From an uncultured Gemmataceae bacterium (lineage in GTDB: Bacteria; Planctomycetota; Planctomycetia; Gemmatales; Gemmataceae): a DNA stretch of 64,000 bases. Every line of letters starts with the position of its first letter. Positions within the stretch are counted from its first letter, which is position 1. The translations under genes and the position numbers were made by a program. Positions 37,310 to 47,391 of the stretch are shown here, one piece after another. Where the stretch lies: positions 1-64,000 of the forward strand of contig CAVVPN010000010.1 in the NCBI GenBank assembly GCA_963750165.1. The letters are read 5' to 3'. The notes under the pieces are model-generated. The model worked only from the letters and a program-made list of their open reading frames with translations, searched no databases and was not told the DNA's origin.

Positions 37310-38670
37310 TTAAAACAGCTCGCGGATCGGCTGCACGCCAAAATCCGCCAGCGGGATCGGCCGGTTCTGCGGCCCCGGCAGCTCGCGGTGCGGGTCCAAC
37401 CCCAGCGCCTGATACAGCGTCGCCGCCACCTCCGCCGGCGTCACCGGCCGCCGCTTCGGCGCGAAGCCCTGCTCGTCCGTCTCGCCCACCACCCGGCCGC
37501 CGCGGATCGGGCCGCCGCCCATCAAAATCGTCCACGCCCCGGGGTGGTGGTCGCGGCCGCCGGCAGGGTTCACCTTCGGCGTCCGCCCGAACTCGCCCAT
37601 TGCCGTCACGACCGTGTTTTCCAGCAGCCCGCGGTCGCGCAGATCCTCCAGCAGCGTCGTGAACGCCCGGTCGAAGTTCGGCACCACCTCGCGGGCCATC
37701 TGCGTGATGTCCGTGAACGGCCGCGAACCGTGAATGTCCCACGTTACCTCGTCGAAGACCGTCTCGAACATGTTGACCGTCACGAAGCGCACGCCGCGCT
37801 CGATCAGGCGGCGGGCCAGCAAACAGCACTGACCGAAGCGCGTGCGGCCATAGCGGTCGCGCAACCTGGCTGGCTCGGACTCCAGCGCGAACGCCGCCCG
37901 CGCCTCGGCGCTGGTCGCCAGGCGGTACGCCAGCTGGAAATTGCCGTCGAACTGCCGCGCCCCGGCGTCCTGCTCGAACGCAGCCACCGCCCCATCGACG
38001 GCGGCACGCATGCGCTGGCGGCGGTCGGCGCGGACGCTGGAGATGTAGTCGGGCGGCAGCAGGTCGGGCACCTGGAAGTTGGCCACGGACGGATCAGCGT
38101 TGAGCACGAACGGGTCGTGCTGACGGCCGAGGTAGCCGGCGTTCTGGCCGTGCGGCAGGTTGCCGCCGGTGCGGCCGATGGGTCGCGGCATCAGCACGTG
38201 CGCCGGTACGTCGCCGCGGCGGCCGCGGATGCCCCCACCACACAGCCGATGTGCGGGTGCTCGATGCCGCCGCTGAACAGCCGGCCCGTCTGCATCATCT
38301 GATGACCGGTGTCGTGGACCGCCGTCGCCGTGTGGTAGCAGGTGCGGATCAGCGAATATTTGTCCGCGTGCCGGGCCATGCGCGGAAAGATTTCGCTGAT
38401 CTGGATGCCCGGCACGTTGGTCTGCGTGACGCCGAAGGGGCCGCGCACCTCGACGGGGGCGTCCGGCTTCGGATCCCAGGTGTCGAGCTGACTGGGACCG
38501 CCGACCAGGAACAGCATGATACAGTTCACGTCGCGTCGCGGGTTCTGGGCAGCGGCGAACAGGCCGGGCAGCGTCAGGCCGAGCGGGGCCAGCGCCCCGG
38601 CGTGCAGGAAGTCGCGCCGCGTGAAGCCGTCACAAAACGTCGCACCGCGCCGAGCGTTCAGCTGCAACAT
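37310..38670 (-). CDS. DUF1501 protein (frameshift near 38210)
   Basis: TRRDFL, GGPSQLDTWDPKP, WDIH, GEFGRTPKVN..GRDH. Confidence 0.9.
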
Positions 38671-38824
38671 CGACGGAGTCTCCCTTGTTTAGAAGCAGAC
38701 AGGTTGCAATCGGGGCTCATGGGGTTAGAATATCAACCCTACCAGATTCGTGGTGGGAGATTCAATGAAAAACCTGACCGGTTGACGACAGGGCAACTGT
38801 TGCAACCAACTACGGAGGTGGACC

Positions 38825-39628
38825 GTGCAACGACTCGCAGGGCTGTTGGTGATCGGGCTGCTGGCGGCGGTCGGGACGGCTGCCGTCCAGGACAAAAAAG
38901 GGCCGTCCAAGGAGGACATTCAGAAGGCCGAGGCCCAGGTCAAGGAGTACCTGACCAAGAACAAGGCCGAGGGCGGCCAGGTCCTCTACCTGGGCAACGA
39001 GTACCTGGACAAGATGTTCCCCAAGCAGCGCTTCTTCGCGGTGCGCTACCGCATTTACCCGGTGGCGAAAAAAATGCCGGAGGGGATGAAGCCGTCGAAC
39101 GTCATCGTGGTGCCGCCGAACGGCCGGCCGGAGCACCTCAAGGACGCCAAGGCGCTGGAGAATTACTTCAAGACGAACCAGCAGCCCGTCAAGGGCGGGC
39201 TGGACGCCACCTTTTCGCTGCTGAGCTGGTTGACGCTGTCGCAGGAGTTTCGCCAGGACGGCTTTTACAAGTTCAAGCTCCCCACCATGACCGACGGGAA
39301 AGCCGGCGACGGCATCGACATCAAGGGCAGTGCCGTCGTCATGCAAGGCGGCAACGGCGAGATCACGGCGGAGCTGAGTTTCGACAAGGCCGGCAAGCTG
39401 ACGAAGGCGACCGAGACCGCGAAGATCAAGCCGGGACCGCGGCCGATCTGCCAGGCGACCCGGCTGCTGCACGAGGACCCGCTGGTGCGCCGCATCTGCG
39501 AGGCGGACCTGCTCTACATGGGCCGTCCGGCGCTCGACTACCTGCGCGAACAGCGGGCGCTCGCCGGCCCTGATCTGCGGCGGGCGATTGACCGCGTCAT
39601 CGAGCGCATCCAGCGCGAGGCGGATTGA
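38825..39628 (+). CDS. Secreted hypothetical protein
   Basis: Signal peptide, GPRPICQATRLL..DPLVRR. Confidence 0.75.
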   Translation: MQRLAGLLVIGLLAAVGTAAVQDKKGPSKEDIQKAEAQVKEYLTKNKAEGGQVLYLGNEYLDKMFPKQRFFAVRYRIYPVAKKMPEGMKPSNVIVVPPNGRPEHLKDAKALENYFKTNQQPVKGGLDATFSLLSWLTLSQEFRQDGFYKFKLPTMTDGKAGDGIDIKGSAVVMQGGNGEITAELSFDKAGKLTKATETAKIKPGPRPICQATRLLHEDPLVRRICEADLLYMGRPALDYLREQRALAGPDLRRAIDRVIERIQREAD

Positions 39629-39643
39629 CGAATCGATCGCCCC

Positions 39644-39677
39644 GTTTACGTTTCGCGCGCGCGGCGCGAAACGTAAA
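39644..39677. terminator. Hairpin between convergent genes
   Basis: TTTACGTTTCGCGC...GCGCGAAACGTAAA. Confidence 0.55.
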
Positions 39678-39698
39678 CGGGGTGGGTTCGAGGTGAGG

Positions 39699-40963
39699 TT
39701 ATTTCTTTTGCGCGGCAGCCTTGCGGAGCAGTTCCACCTGATCCCGCAGCCGGGCCGCCTCCACCCGCGTATCTTCGAGCTGTTTTTGCAGGACCGCGTT
39801 GCGTTCGCGCTCTGCCTGAAGCTGTTGCTCCAGCGCCGCGCCGCCTGCTCGGCAACTCGCTGCGTCCGCCGCGTCTGCGCCAGCTGCACTTCCAGTTTCG
39901 CTTGCAGCGCCCGGGCCTCGTCGCGGGCGGCCAGGCTTTGGGCCTGGGCCACCGCGGCGTCCGCCTGGGCCGCGATGGCTCGGGCCTTCTCCATTGTGAG
40001 TTCCGCCCGCAGTTTCTCCACCTCCAGGCGCAACTTGTCCTGTTCCGTCAGCGGCTTCCTGGGCTCTTGCTTCTTACCGCCCGCCGCCCCCTGCTTCTCC
40101 TGGGCAGGCTCCGCTCCCGCGCTGGGGTAGAGCAGACCGCCGGCGCCCGCGCCGACCACCGCGACCGTCAGCAGCACCGCCGCGGCCATTTTCAACTTCG
40201 TCATCCACATGGCGTGTAACACTCCTTCCGTCAGGGCGGCGACCGCCAGCGGGGCCGCCGCGCTCAGGGTGATGGACTGGACCGTGGCGGCCACGAGGAC
40301 GCCCGGCACACTCGCCGTCGCCGAACCCGCGGACAGCGCCGCCGTCAACCCGGCTGCCGACAGCGCGACGCCCTGCCGCGTCAGCCGGCCGGCCAGCAGC
40401 GCCCGCGCCCGGGCCAGCCGGCCGGCCACCGTGCCCTCCGGACAGCCCAGCTGTCGCGCCGCCGCGCCGCGGCTGATGCCCTGCAGGTCGCACAACACGA
40501 AAACCGCCCGGAGTTTCTCCGGTAAGCGGTCCAGTTCGCAGTCGAGCAGCGGCCACAGGTCCGCCCAGGGTTCAGGCTCCGCCGCCGTCGGCTCGGGCAG
40601 TTCCGCCACCTGCCGCTCCCGCGTCGCTCGCCGGTTGCGGAGCGCCCGCGCCTTGAGGGCCGTGCGGTAAGCGACGCCGTGCAGCCAGCCGGCCAGCAGC
40701 CCGTGCCGCAGCGACGCCGCCCTGCGGGCCAGCACCAGAAAGGTCGCCTGGAAGGCGTCCTCCGCGTCGTGGTGGCTCAGCAGCCGGCGGCAGACGCCGA
40801 AGACCATCGGGCCGTGACGGCGCACCAGGGCCGTGAACGCCGCTTGCTCGCGGCGTGTGACGAATTGTTCCAGCAATTGCCCGTCGCTCTGCGCCTCCGC
40901 GGCTGGCACGAGGCTGATGCCGCGAAGGCGCTGGAGGACGGCGTGCATGCGGCCGGTTGCCAT
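39699..40963 (-). CDS. Planctomycete ECF sigma factor with TM and coiled-coil extension (frameshift near 39835)
   Basis: SDGQLLEQF, RRHGPMVFGVCRR, DAEDAFQATFLVL, GTVAGRLARAR. Confidence 0.9.
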
Positions 40964-41054
40964 GACGTGCCTCCCACCCTATTCTGCCCGGCCGCGGCGG
41001 GATTGATACGACTTTTTTCGGGGTGTTCCTCGGGGCGGTTGGCACCCTCGTCCG

Positions 41055-41621
41055 TCAGGACTTGACGAACATGATCGCCACGACGGCCAGGACGGCGATC
41101 AACACGAGGGTGAGCCAGGTGGGAAGCAGCGCCCGGGATTGCTTCGGGCTGGACGCCGCCTCTGCGGGTGTGGGGTGGTGGGAACCGGCCAGGGCCACGC
41201 TCTGAAGCGGGACGGTGCCCTGGTACGCATCGGTGGGCGCCGGGTTGTCGCCGAACTGGTCCGGGGAGCCCGACTCGGCGTCGCCCTCGGGACGGCGGGA
41301 GTGGCCCGAAGGGTTCAGCGACTCGGCGAACTTCGACCCCAGACCGAAGACCACGACCAGGCAAAACAGCACCGTACCGCCCTCGACGACGGTGTAGGAC
41401 CAATAATTGCCCCGGTCCAGGGGGTCCAGGCCGCGCGCGGCCATTTGCGCTCCCAGGAACGCGCCGATACAAAAGGCCAGGGGCATCGGCAACATGCCGA
41501 CCAGGCCAAGCCACCGTGCCGCCGCGCCGGACACGATGCGATCCTTGCCCACCTTCAGCTTGCCCGTCACCAGAGCGCACAGGCCCAGGATAAACAGAGC
41601 GATTTCTGCAACGACAATCAT
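41055..41621 (-). CDS. Membrane hypothetical protein
   Basis: Several hydrophobic helices; RBS GAGGAGG. Confidence 0.6.
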   Translation of the reverse strand: MIVVAEIALFILGLCALVTGKLKVGKDRIVSGAAARWLGLVGMLPMPLAFCIGAFLGAQMAARGLDPLDRGNYWSYTVVEGGTVLFCLVVVFGLGSKFAESLNPSGHSRRPEGDAESGSPDQFGDNPAPTDAYQGTVPLQSVALAGSHHPTPAEAASSPKQSRALLPTWLTLVLIAVLAVVAIMFVKS

Positions 41622-41818
41622 GACTGCCTCCTCTCGTGAATGGTGTCTGGAACCGACACCAAAAAATACGCCAGAAACCGGACCTGTGCCGGGTTTTTTG
41701 TCCACCCGCGGCGACCGTTCGACGGCGCGGCGCTGGACAACGATCCGGGTTGAGGGCATACTGTCGCTCAGTCGATTCGGCCACGACCGGAGAATCTTCA
41801 CTTCTCGGGAGGACCGTC

Positions 41819-43063
41819 ATGAGCAAGTGCCGCAGCGTGTGGACGGTGCTAATCATCAGTCTTGGGGCCCCGGCGGTGTGGGGCCAGGGCCAGGGGTCGG
41901 AGCCGTTGCCCAAGAACATCGTCACCGCCTGGGGGAAGATGGGCGCCAGGGCTGCCTGGATGGGGCCGCCCAACGACAACCTGTTGATGTTCCGGCACGA
42001 CGGCGGCCCAGCCCGGCCCGGCGAAATCCCGGGCTTTTACATCGAGTTCGGCAAATTTAAGCCGGGCGTGCTGGCCGATCTGCCGGCGCCACCGCGGCCG
42101 TTCGGGCTGGATCTCCGCAGCACCAAGGCGACCAACGCCGACCTCAAGGGCCTGGGCAAATTTCAGCAACTCCAGCGTCTGGTGCTGTTCGACACCGACG
42201 TCACCGACGCGGGCCTGAAGGAAGTCGCCGGCCTGAAGAACCTGCGCGAACTGTACCTCAACTTCGCCAGGGTGACCGACACCGGCCTGGAACACCTGGC
42301 TGGCCTGAAGCAGTTGCAAACGCTGAGCCTGGGCAGCGTCCCGATCACAAACGCGGGATTGAAGCACCTGGCCGGGCTGAAACAGCTGCGTGTGCTGGAC
42401 CTCAGAAACACGAAGGTGACGGACGATGGCCTGGCGGTGCTGGCCGGCCTGCCCGAACTGCGGCGGCTGCGGCTCGACATCAACCGCAGCGTGACCGACG
42501 CAGGGCTGAAGCACCTGGCCGGCCTGAAAAAGCTGGAAGAACTGGACATCAACAGCACGGCAGTAACGGACGCGGGCCTGAAGGAACTGGCCGGGCTCAC
42601 GGAACTGCGGCGGTTGAATCTCGGCTTCCTGTTCCAGGTCAGCGACCAGGGCGTAAAGGAGCTGACCGGGCTGAAGAAGCTGGAAGCCCTGCAACTCTTT
42701 GGGACGGGAGTGACCGACAAGAGCCTGCAAGCGCTGGCCACGTACCGGCAGCTGCGGGAACTGGATGTCAGCCACAATCAGCGGGTGACGGACGCGAGCC
42801 TGAAAATCATCGGCGGCCTGAAAGGACTGCGCGACCTGAACCTCAGTTACACCAAGATCAGCGACGCGGGGCTGGAGCACCTGGCGCCGTTGCCGAAACT
42901 GGAGCGCCTGTTGCTGCTGCAGACGAGTGTGTCGGACGCGGGCGTGCGGCACCTGGTCGCTCTGCGGCAGCTGACCTACCTGGCGTTCAACGGCACCAAG
43001 ATCACGGCCAAGGGGCGGGAGATGCTCAAGAAGGGGCTGCCGAAGGTGCGCCTGAACTGGTGA
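41819..43063 (+). CDS. Secreted leucine-rich repeat protein
   Basis: Repeated VTDAGLKHLAGLKQL. Confidence 0.9.
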   Translation: MSKCRSVWTVLIISLGAPAVWGQGQGSEPLPKNIVTAWGKMGARAAWMGPPNDNLLMFRHDGGPARPGEIPGFYIEFGKFKPGVLADLPAPPRPFGLDLRSTKATNADLKGLGKFQQLQRLVLFDTDVTDAGLKEVAGLKNLRELYLNFARVTDTGLEHLAGLKQLQTLSLGSVPITNAGLKHLAGLKQLRVLDLRNTKVTDDGLAVLAGLPELRRLRLDINRSVTDAGLKHLAGLKKLEELDINSTAVTDAGLKELAGLTELRRLNLGFLFQVSDQGVKELTGLKKLEALQLFGTGVTDKSLQALATYRQLRELDVSHNQRVTDASLKIIGGLKGLRDLNLSYTKISDAGLEHLAPLPKLERLLLLQTSVSDAGVRHLVALRQLTYLAFNGTKITAKGREMLKKGLPKVRLNW

Positions 43064-43177
43064 GGCTACGCGATTGCCACAAACCGGGGGAAGATGCCGA
43101 CCAGGCGCCTTCCCCGGCTTTCGCACTAAAATTATGCCCAGGGATCAGGCTCTGGGTAAGCACAGTGAGCGTCAACG

Positions 43178-43915
43178 ATGGCGGACTGGCTGTTCACCTG
43201 GAAAGGCTACCTGTCTGGTGCGATCATCTTGCTCGGCGCAGTCGTCTTCGCGATCATCTTCCGCGAGGAGAGCACGCTTGGTAATATTGCAGGTATTGTG
43301 GGACTGGTTGTAAGTGTCCTGGGCTTTATCGTGACCATCTGGACCGTGGCCGATGCCCGCCAGCAAATCAAGGAAGCAGGAGTTCGAGCCGAGCGGGCAA
43401 TCACCCGGGCAGCTGAGGAGTCACGCCGTGCGGTGGAAGGGATTGCTGCCCAACTCCGAGCCGCCGACTGCGGGGTGCTTCGCAGCGGCATTGAGGATCT
43501 CCGGCAAGCCGCTCAGGATGCGAAGTGGGCGCGGGCTATTTATCGTTGCCAGGAATGTCGGCTGGTTGCCTACCGGTTGGCGCACGACCGGCGTCTGACC
43601 GACGCGGAGGCGTCCGGGTTGCGTCGGGCCGCGGATGACCTCCTCCTCATCCTCCGATTTAGGAGGCGCCGAACAACAACTTCCAAGAGTAGGACGGCTC
43701 TCCAGAGCCGTCCCGACGGCTCTGGAGAGCCGTCCTACGAAGTTGTTGTTCGGCGCCTCCTTATTGAAAGAAACCGTCGTGCAAAAGAGACAGGTTCTCT
43801 CCAAGATCAACAAATTCAGAAGCTGGATGGGATGATCGGACTGCTCACCGGGATTCAGGGGCGTCTCCACCACGAACCATTGCGGTCAGCCGCGGAGCCT
43901 ACCGATCAACCGTGA
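43178..43915 (+). CDS. Membrane-anchored hypothetical protein carrying an in-frame MITE
   Basis: Two N-terminal TM helices; 34-aa insertion. Confidence 0.65.
   Translation: MADWLFTWKGYLSGAIILLGAVVFAIIFREESTLGNIAGIVGLVVSVLGFIVTIWTVADARQQIKEAGVRAERAITRAAEESRRAVEGIAAQLRAADCGVLRSGIEDLRQAAQDAKWARAIYRCQECRLVAYRLAHDRRLTDAEASGLRRAADDLLLILRFRRRRTTTSKSRTALQSRPDGSGEPSYEVVVRRLLIERNRRAKETGSLQDQQIQKLDGMIGLLTGIQGRLHHEPLRSAAEPTDQP
43662..43760. mobile_element. 99-bp MITE with 22-bp TIRs, TTA duplication and internal GTAG REP doublet
   Basis: TTA-GGAGGCGCCGAACAACAACTTC ... GAAGTTGTTGTTCGGCGCCTCC-TTA. Confidence 0.9.
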
Positions 43916-44277
43916 AAGAAACGGAGCAGTCAATGCCTACGCAAACCTCCCCGACTTTGGAAGACCTGTTACGGTTGCTCAACGCCGCCACCGATAGAAA
44001 CGCGATTCATTGGGAAACGACTGCGCAAGAAGACGCCTTTCGGACTGAGTTCGGCTTAGGAATGGTCCGAATTGAAAAGGTGGTCGATTCCGGCGGCTAC
44101 GTGCTTTACCTTCTGAACAACGACGGGACCATCCTGGAAGAGTATCGACCCTCCGGAGAACAAGCACTGATCGGCACCGAGGCCTTGTATCAAAAAGCCC
44201 GCCGCCAGGCGCTAAACCTTGAGGGGAAGCTGAAAAACGTTTTCGACCACCTCAAAAGGTTGGCTGGCGAATCCTGA
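43912..44277 (+). CDS. Hypothetical protein
   Basis: Overlaps the upstream stop (GTGA); lower GC. Confidence 0.6.
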   Translation: MKETEQSMPTQTSPTLEDLLRLLNAATDRNAIHWETTAQEDAFRTEFGLGMVRIEKVVDSGGYVLYLLNNDGTILEEYRPSGEQALIGTEALYQKARRQALNLEGKLKNVFDHLKRLAGES

Positions 44278-44394
44278 TTTCTTTCAGTTCTGCGTCTTAT
44301 TTCGTTTGAAACAGCCCGCAGCAGGCGTGGGTACTCATCACCATCACCACCGGCAGCCGCCGCTGCCGCCATCACCAACGCAGGAGGGTTCCCC

Positions 44395-45890
44395 ATGTGG
44401 GTGCGCCAGTGCGACCTGGACGCCGAAGCCGAGGCCCCCTCTCCCGTGCCGACGCGCATCGCGTCCAACGAGGAGTTCATCCCGCCGCAGCAGACGCCCA
44501 AGCAAAAAGAGTTTGAAGATCGCCTGAAGGTCGTGAGTGAGGAGGGCGCCAGGGCCCAGGGTATGGACCGCCGCAAGTTCCTGCGCACCGGCAGCGGCAT
44601 GGCGGCGGCGCTGGTGGCGCTCAACCAGACCTTCGGCAACTGCTACGATGTCAGCGCCGCCGAGGTGCAGAATCAGGACGCCTTCAATGAAAAGTGGCCG
44701 AAAAATCAGTTCATCTTCGACGTGCAGACGCACCACATTGATCTGAGCAACAAATGGTTCGAGACCAAGGAGGGCAAGGGCAGTCTGCTGTTCTTCCAGA
44801 TGCTGCGGCCCAGGGCCACCGGTAAGACGCCGCGCGAACGCCTTGAACTGCTCAACCGCATCCACTACGTCAAGGAAATCTTCGGCGACAGCGACACGGT
44901 GATGGCGATCATCAGCGGCGTGCCGACGCGCGACTGGACCACCAACCCACTGCCGCCCGACCAGATGGCCGCCACGCGCGACTATGTGAACCGCCTGGCC
45001 AAGTCCACGCGCGTGCTCTCGCACGGCCTGTTGCGGCCGAACCTCGGCAAGCCCGAGCTGGAGGAGATGGAGCGGCAGGTCAAGAAGCTGCACATCAGCG
45101 CCTGGAAGTGCTACACCGGCGCCGAGCTGGGCGGCGAGTCGTGGCTGCTCAACGACAAGAAGGTGGCGTACCCGTTCTGGGAACGCACGCTCAAGCTGGG
45201 GGTCCGCAACGTTTGCGTCCACAAGGGGCTGCCGCTGGGCGCGTTCAACGAACGGGCCTGCACGCCCAACGACGTGGAGCGCGCCGCCCTGGACTTCCCG
45301 AACCTGAACTTCATCATCTACCACAGCGGCTACCGCGGCACCGGTTTCCTCGGCGCGGCACCGGCAAGCGCGTCGTGGACCCGCCGAACAAGGACCCGCA
45401 GGAAATCCCCTGGATCAGCGAAATCTTCCGCATCCTGCGCCGCAACCCGAAGATTCGCAACGTCTACTTCGAGCTGGGCAGCACCTTCCAGCAGCTGTCG
45501 GCGGGCGACCCGGTGCGCTGCCTGCACATGCTCGGCCAGATGCTGCAGACGGCGGGCGCCGATCACATCCTGTGGGGCACCGACTGCATCTGGGGCGGCA
45601 GTCCGCAGAGCCAGATCGAACGGTTGCGGCGGCTGAAGATGACCGATGAATTGATGAACAAATATAAATATCCGCAACTGACCGACGCGATCAAGAACCA
45701 GATCCTCGGCCTGAACGCGGCGCGGTTGTGGAACGTCGATGTCAAGGCGCAGCGCAACGCCATCAAGACGGATCGGCTGACGCAGCTTCGGCAGGAGTAC
45801 CGGCGCGACCCGCTGCCGACCAACACGCAATACGGTTGGGTGTGGGTTGAGGACGGCCGCGAGCCGTCGGTGCCGGTCGGAAATGCGTGA
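44395..45890 (+). CDS. Amidohydrolase family protein (frameshift near 45350)
   Basis: DRRKFL, DVQTHH, CVHKG, IYHSG, LWGTD. Confidence 0.85.
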
Positions 45891-45907
45891 ACGAACTGCG
45901 ACCACGA

Positions 45908-45958
45908 GGTCCGAGCCCGAGCGCCAGCGAGGGGTACCCGCTGGTGCTTCGGGCTCAG
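45908..45958. repeat. REP-like palindrome; related element at 47304-47364
   Basis: GAGCCCGAGCGCCAGCG...CGCTGGTGCTTCGGGCTC. Confidence 0.65.
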
Positions 45959-45963
45959 TTTTG

Positions 45964-47208
45964 CTAGCGCATCTTCCGCCAGCCGAGGAACAGCGTGGAG
46001 CCGCACGTGAGCAGGCCCATCACCGACGGCAGCACCGGCAGGCCCGACCCGTTCTCCCGCGCCGGCGCACTGACGGCCTCCTGCTGCGGCGCGGGCGTCG
46101 TCCGCACCCGGGGCGCCGCCTCGACCGGAACCTCACGCGGCATGGTTCTCGGCGCCTGGGCGACGGCGACCGCACCCGGTGCCGCGTCCGCGACGGCGTT
46201 CACGAAGACCGTCCCGGGCTGACCGCTGCGCTTCGCCTTCGGCAGACCGCCGCGGACGTTAAACAGACCGTCCGCCTGCGGAGCGGAAACGTCCGTGGTG
46301 CTCACGTCCGGGATGCTCACGTCCGGAGTGCTCACATCCGGGGTCGGCGGCGTGACGCTGGCGGACTGAACGTTGGGATCCGTCGGGTCCGTGGACGCCA
46401 CATCATTGGTGCCGGCGCCGGTGCTACCGCCGCCCATGCTGCCGCCGCCCGAGCCGCTGTAGCCGTTGGACATGCCGCCGTAGCCGCCGCCCGTGCCGCC
46501 GAAGCCGTAGGGCATGCCGCCGTAGTTGATGATCGGCGTCGAACCGGTCGAGCCGGTCGTGGCGGTCGTGGCAGTCGTGGACTGCGTCTTGTTGTTGTGG
46601 TCGCGGTGCCCGTCGTGGTCGCGGTGCCCGTCGTGCCCGTGCGGCCAGTACGGCCAGAAGCTGCCGCGGGTGTTCACCACGACATTGGTGATCACGTTGG
46701 TGGTCACCTGCGGCTTCGTACCCTTCTGGCCCGCGTTCGTGGTCACGTGCGGCTTCGTACCCTTCTGGCCCGCGTTCGTGGTGACCTGCGGCTTCGTGCC
46801 TGACTGGCCAGCCTTGGTGTTGAACTGCGATTTCGTGGTCTGGCTGCCGATTTTGTTGGTGCCCGGCAGCTTCATGCCCTGGTTGCTGGCGTGAAGGGTG
46901 CCGTTGCCCTTGTGTGGCATGGGGACGTGCCGAATGCCGCCGAACGGCATGACGCTACCGACGTTGATGTTCACGTTGACCCGCACCGACGTGCCCACCT
47001 TGCCCGCCTGATGCTGGCCGGTCTGGTTCATCGGGTGATGGGCCGGCTGATTCGCCGGGTGGTTGACGACCGCGGCGTGATGGACCGGCCCGCCGGCGTA
47101 ATGGACTGGGCCGCCGGCGTGTCCGCCCCCGCCGTGCTTTTGGGCCTGCACGGACGTGGGCACTGCCACGACCGCCGCCAGCAAGAATACTGGCCAAACC
47201 TTTCTCAT
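45964..47208 (-). CDS. Secreted low-complexity surface protein with C-terminal TM and basic tail
   Basis: Signal peptide; KPQVTTNAGQKGT repeats; ends GLLTCGSTLFLGWRKMR. Confidence 0.7.
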   Translation of the reverse strand: MRKVWPVFLLAAVVAVPTSVQAQKHGGGGHAGGPVHYAGGPVHHAAVVNHPANQPAHHPMNQTGQHQAGKVGTSVRVNVNINVGSVMPFGGIRHVPMPHKGNGTLHASNQGMKLPGTNKIGSQTTKSQFNTKAGQSGTKPQVTTNAGQKGTKPHVTTNAGQKGTKPQVTTNVITNVVVNTRGSFWPYWPHGHDGHRDHDGHRDHNNKTQSTTATTATTGSTGSTPIINYGGMPYGFGGTGGGYGGMSNGYSGSGGGSMGGGSTGAGTNDVASTDPTDPNVQSASVTPPTPDVSTPDVSIPDVSTTDVSAPQADGLFNVRGGLPKAKRSGQPGTVFVNAVADAAPGAVAVAQAPRTMPREVPVEAAPRVRTTPAPQQEAVSAPARENGSGLPVLPSVMGLLTCGSTLFLGWRKMR

Positions 47209-47303
47209 GACTGCACCTCTTCGGAAAAAGTTGCTTCCACTTTTGCCCCGGTACCCCAATTGGGCAGGAAAGTTTAGCTTTTTCCAAAGGTGAGTCAAAA
47301 AGC

Positions 47304-47364
47304 GTCTGAGCTTGAGCGCCAGCGAAGGGCACAGCAGGCCCCTCGCTGGCGCTCAAGCTCAGAC
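47304..47364. repeat. REP-like palindrome
   Basis: GTCTGAGCTTGAGCGCCAGCGA...TCGCTGGCGCTCAAGCTCAGAC. Confidence 0.75.
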
Positions 47365-47391
47365 CAGCGCTGCGGGCTCAGCAAATCCAGA

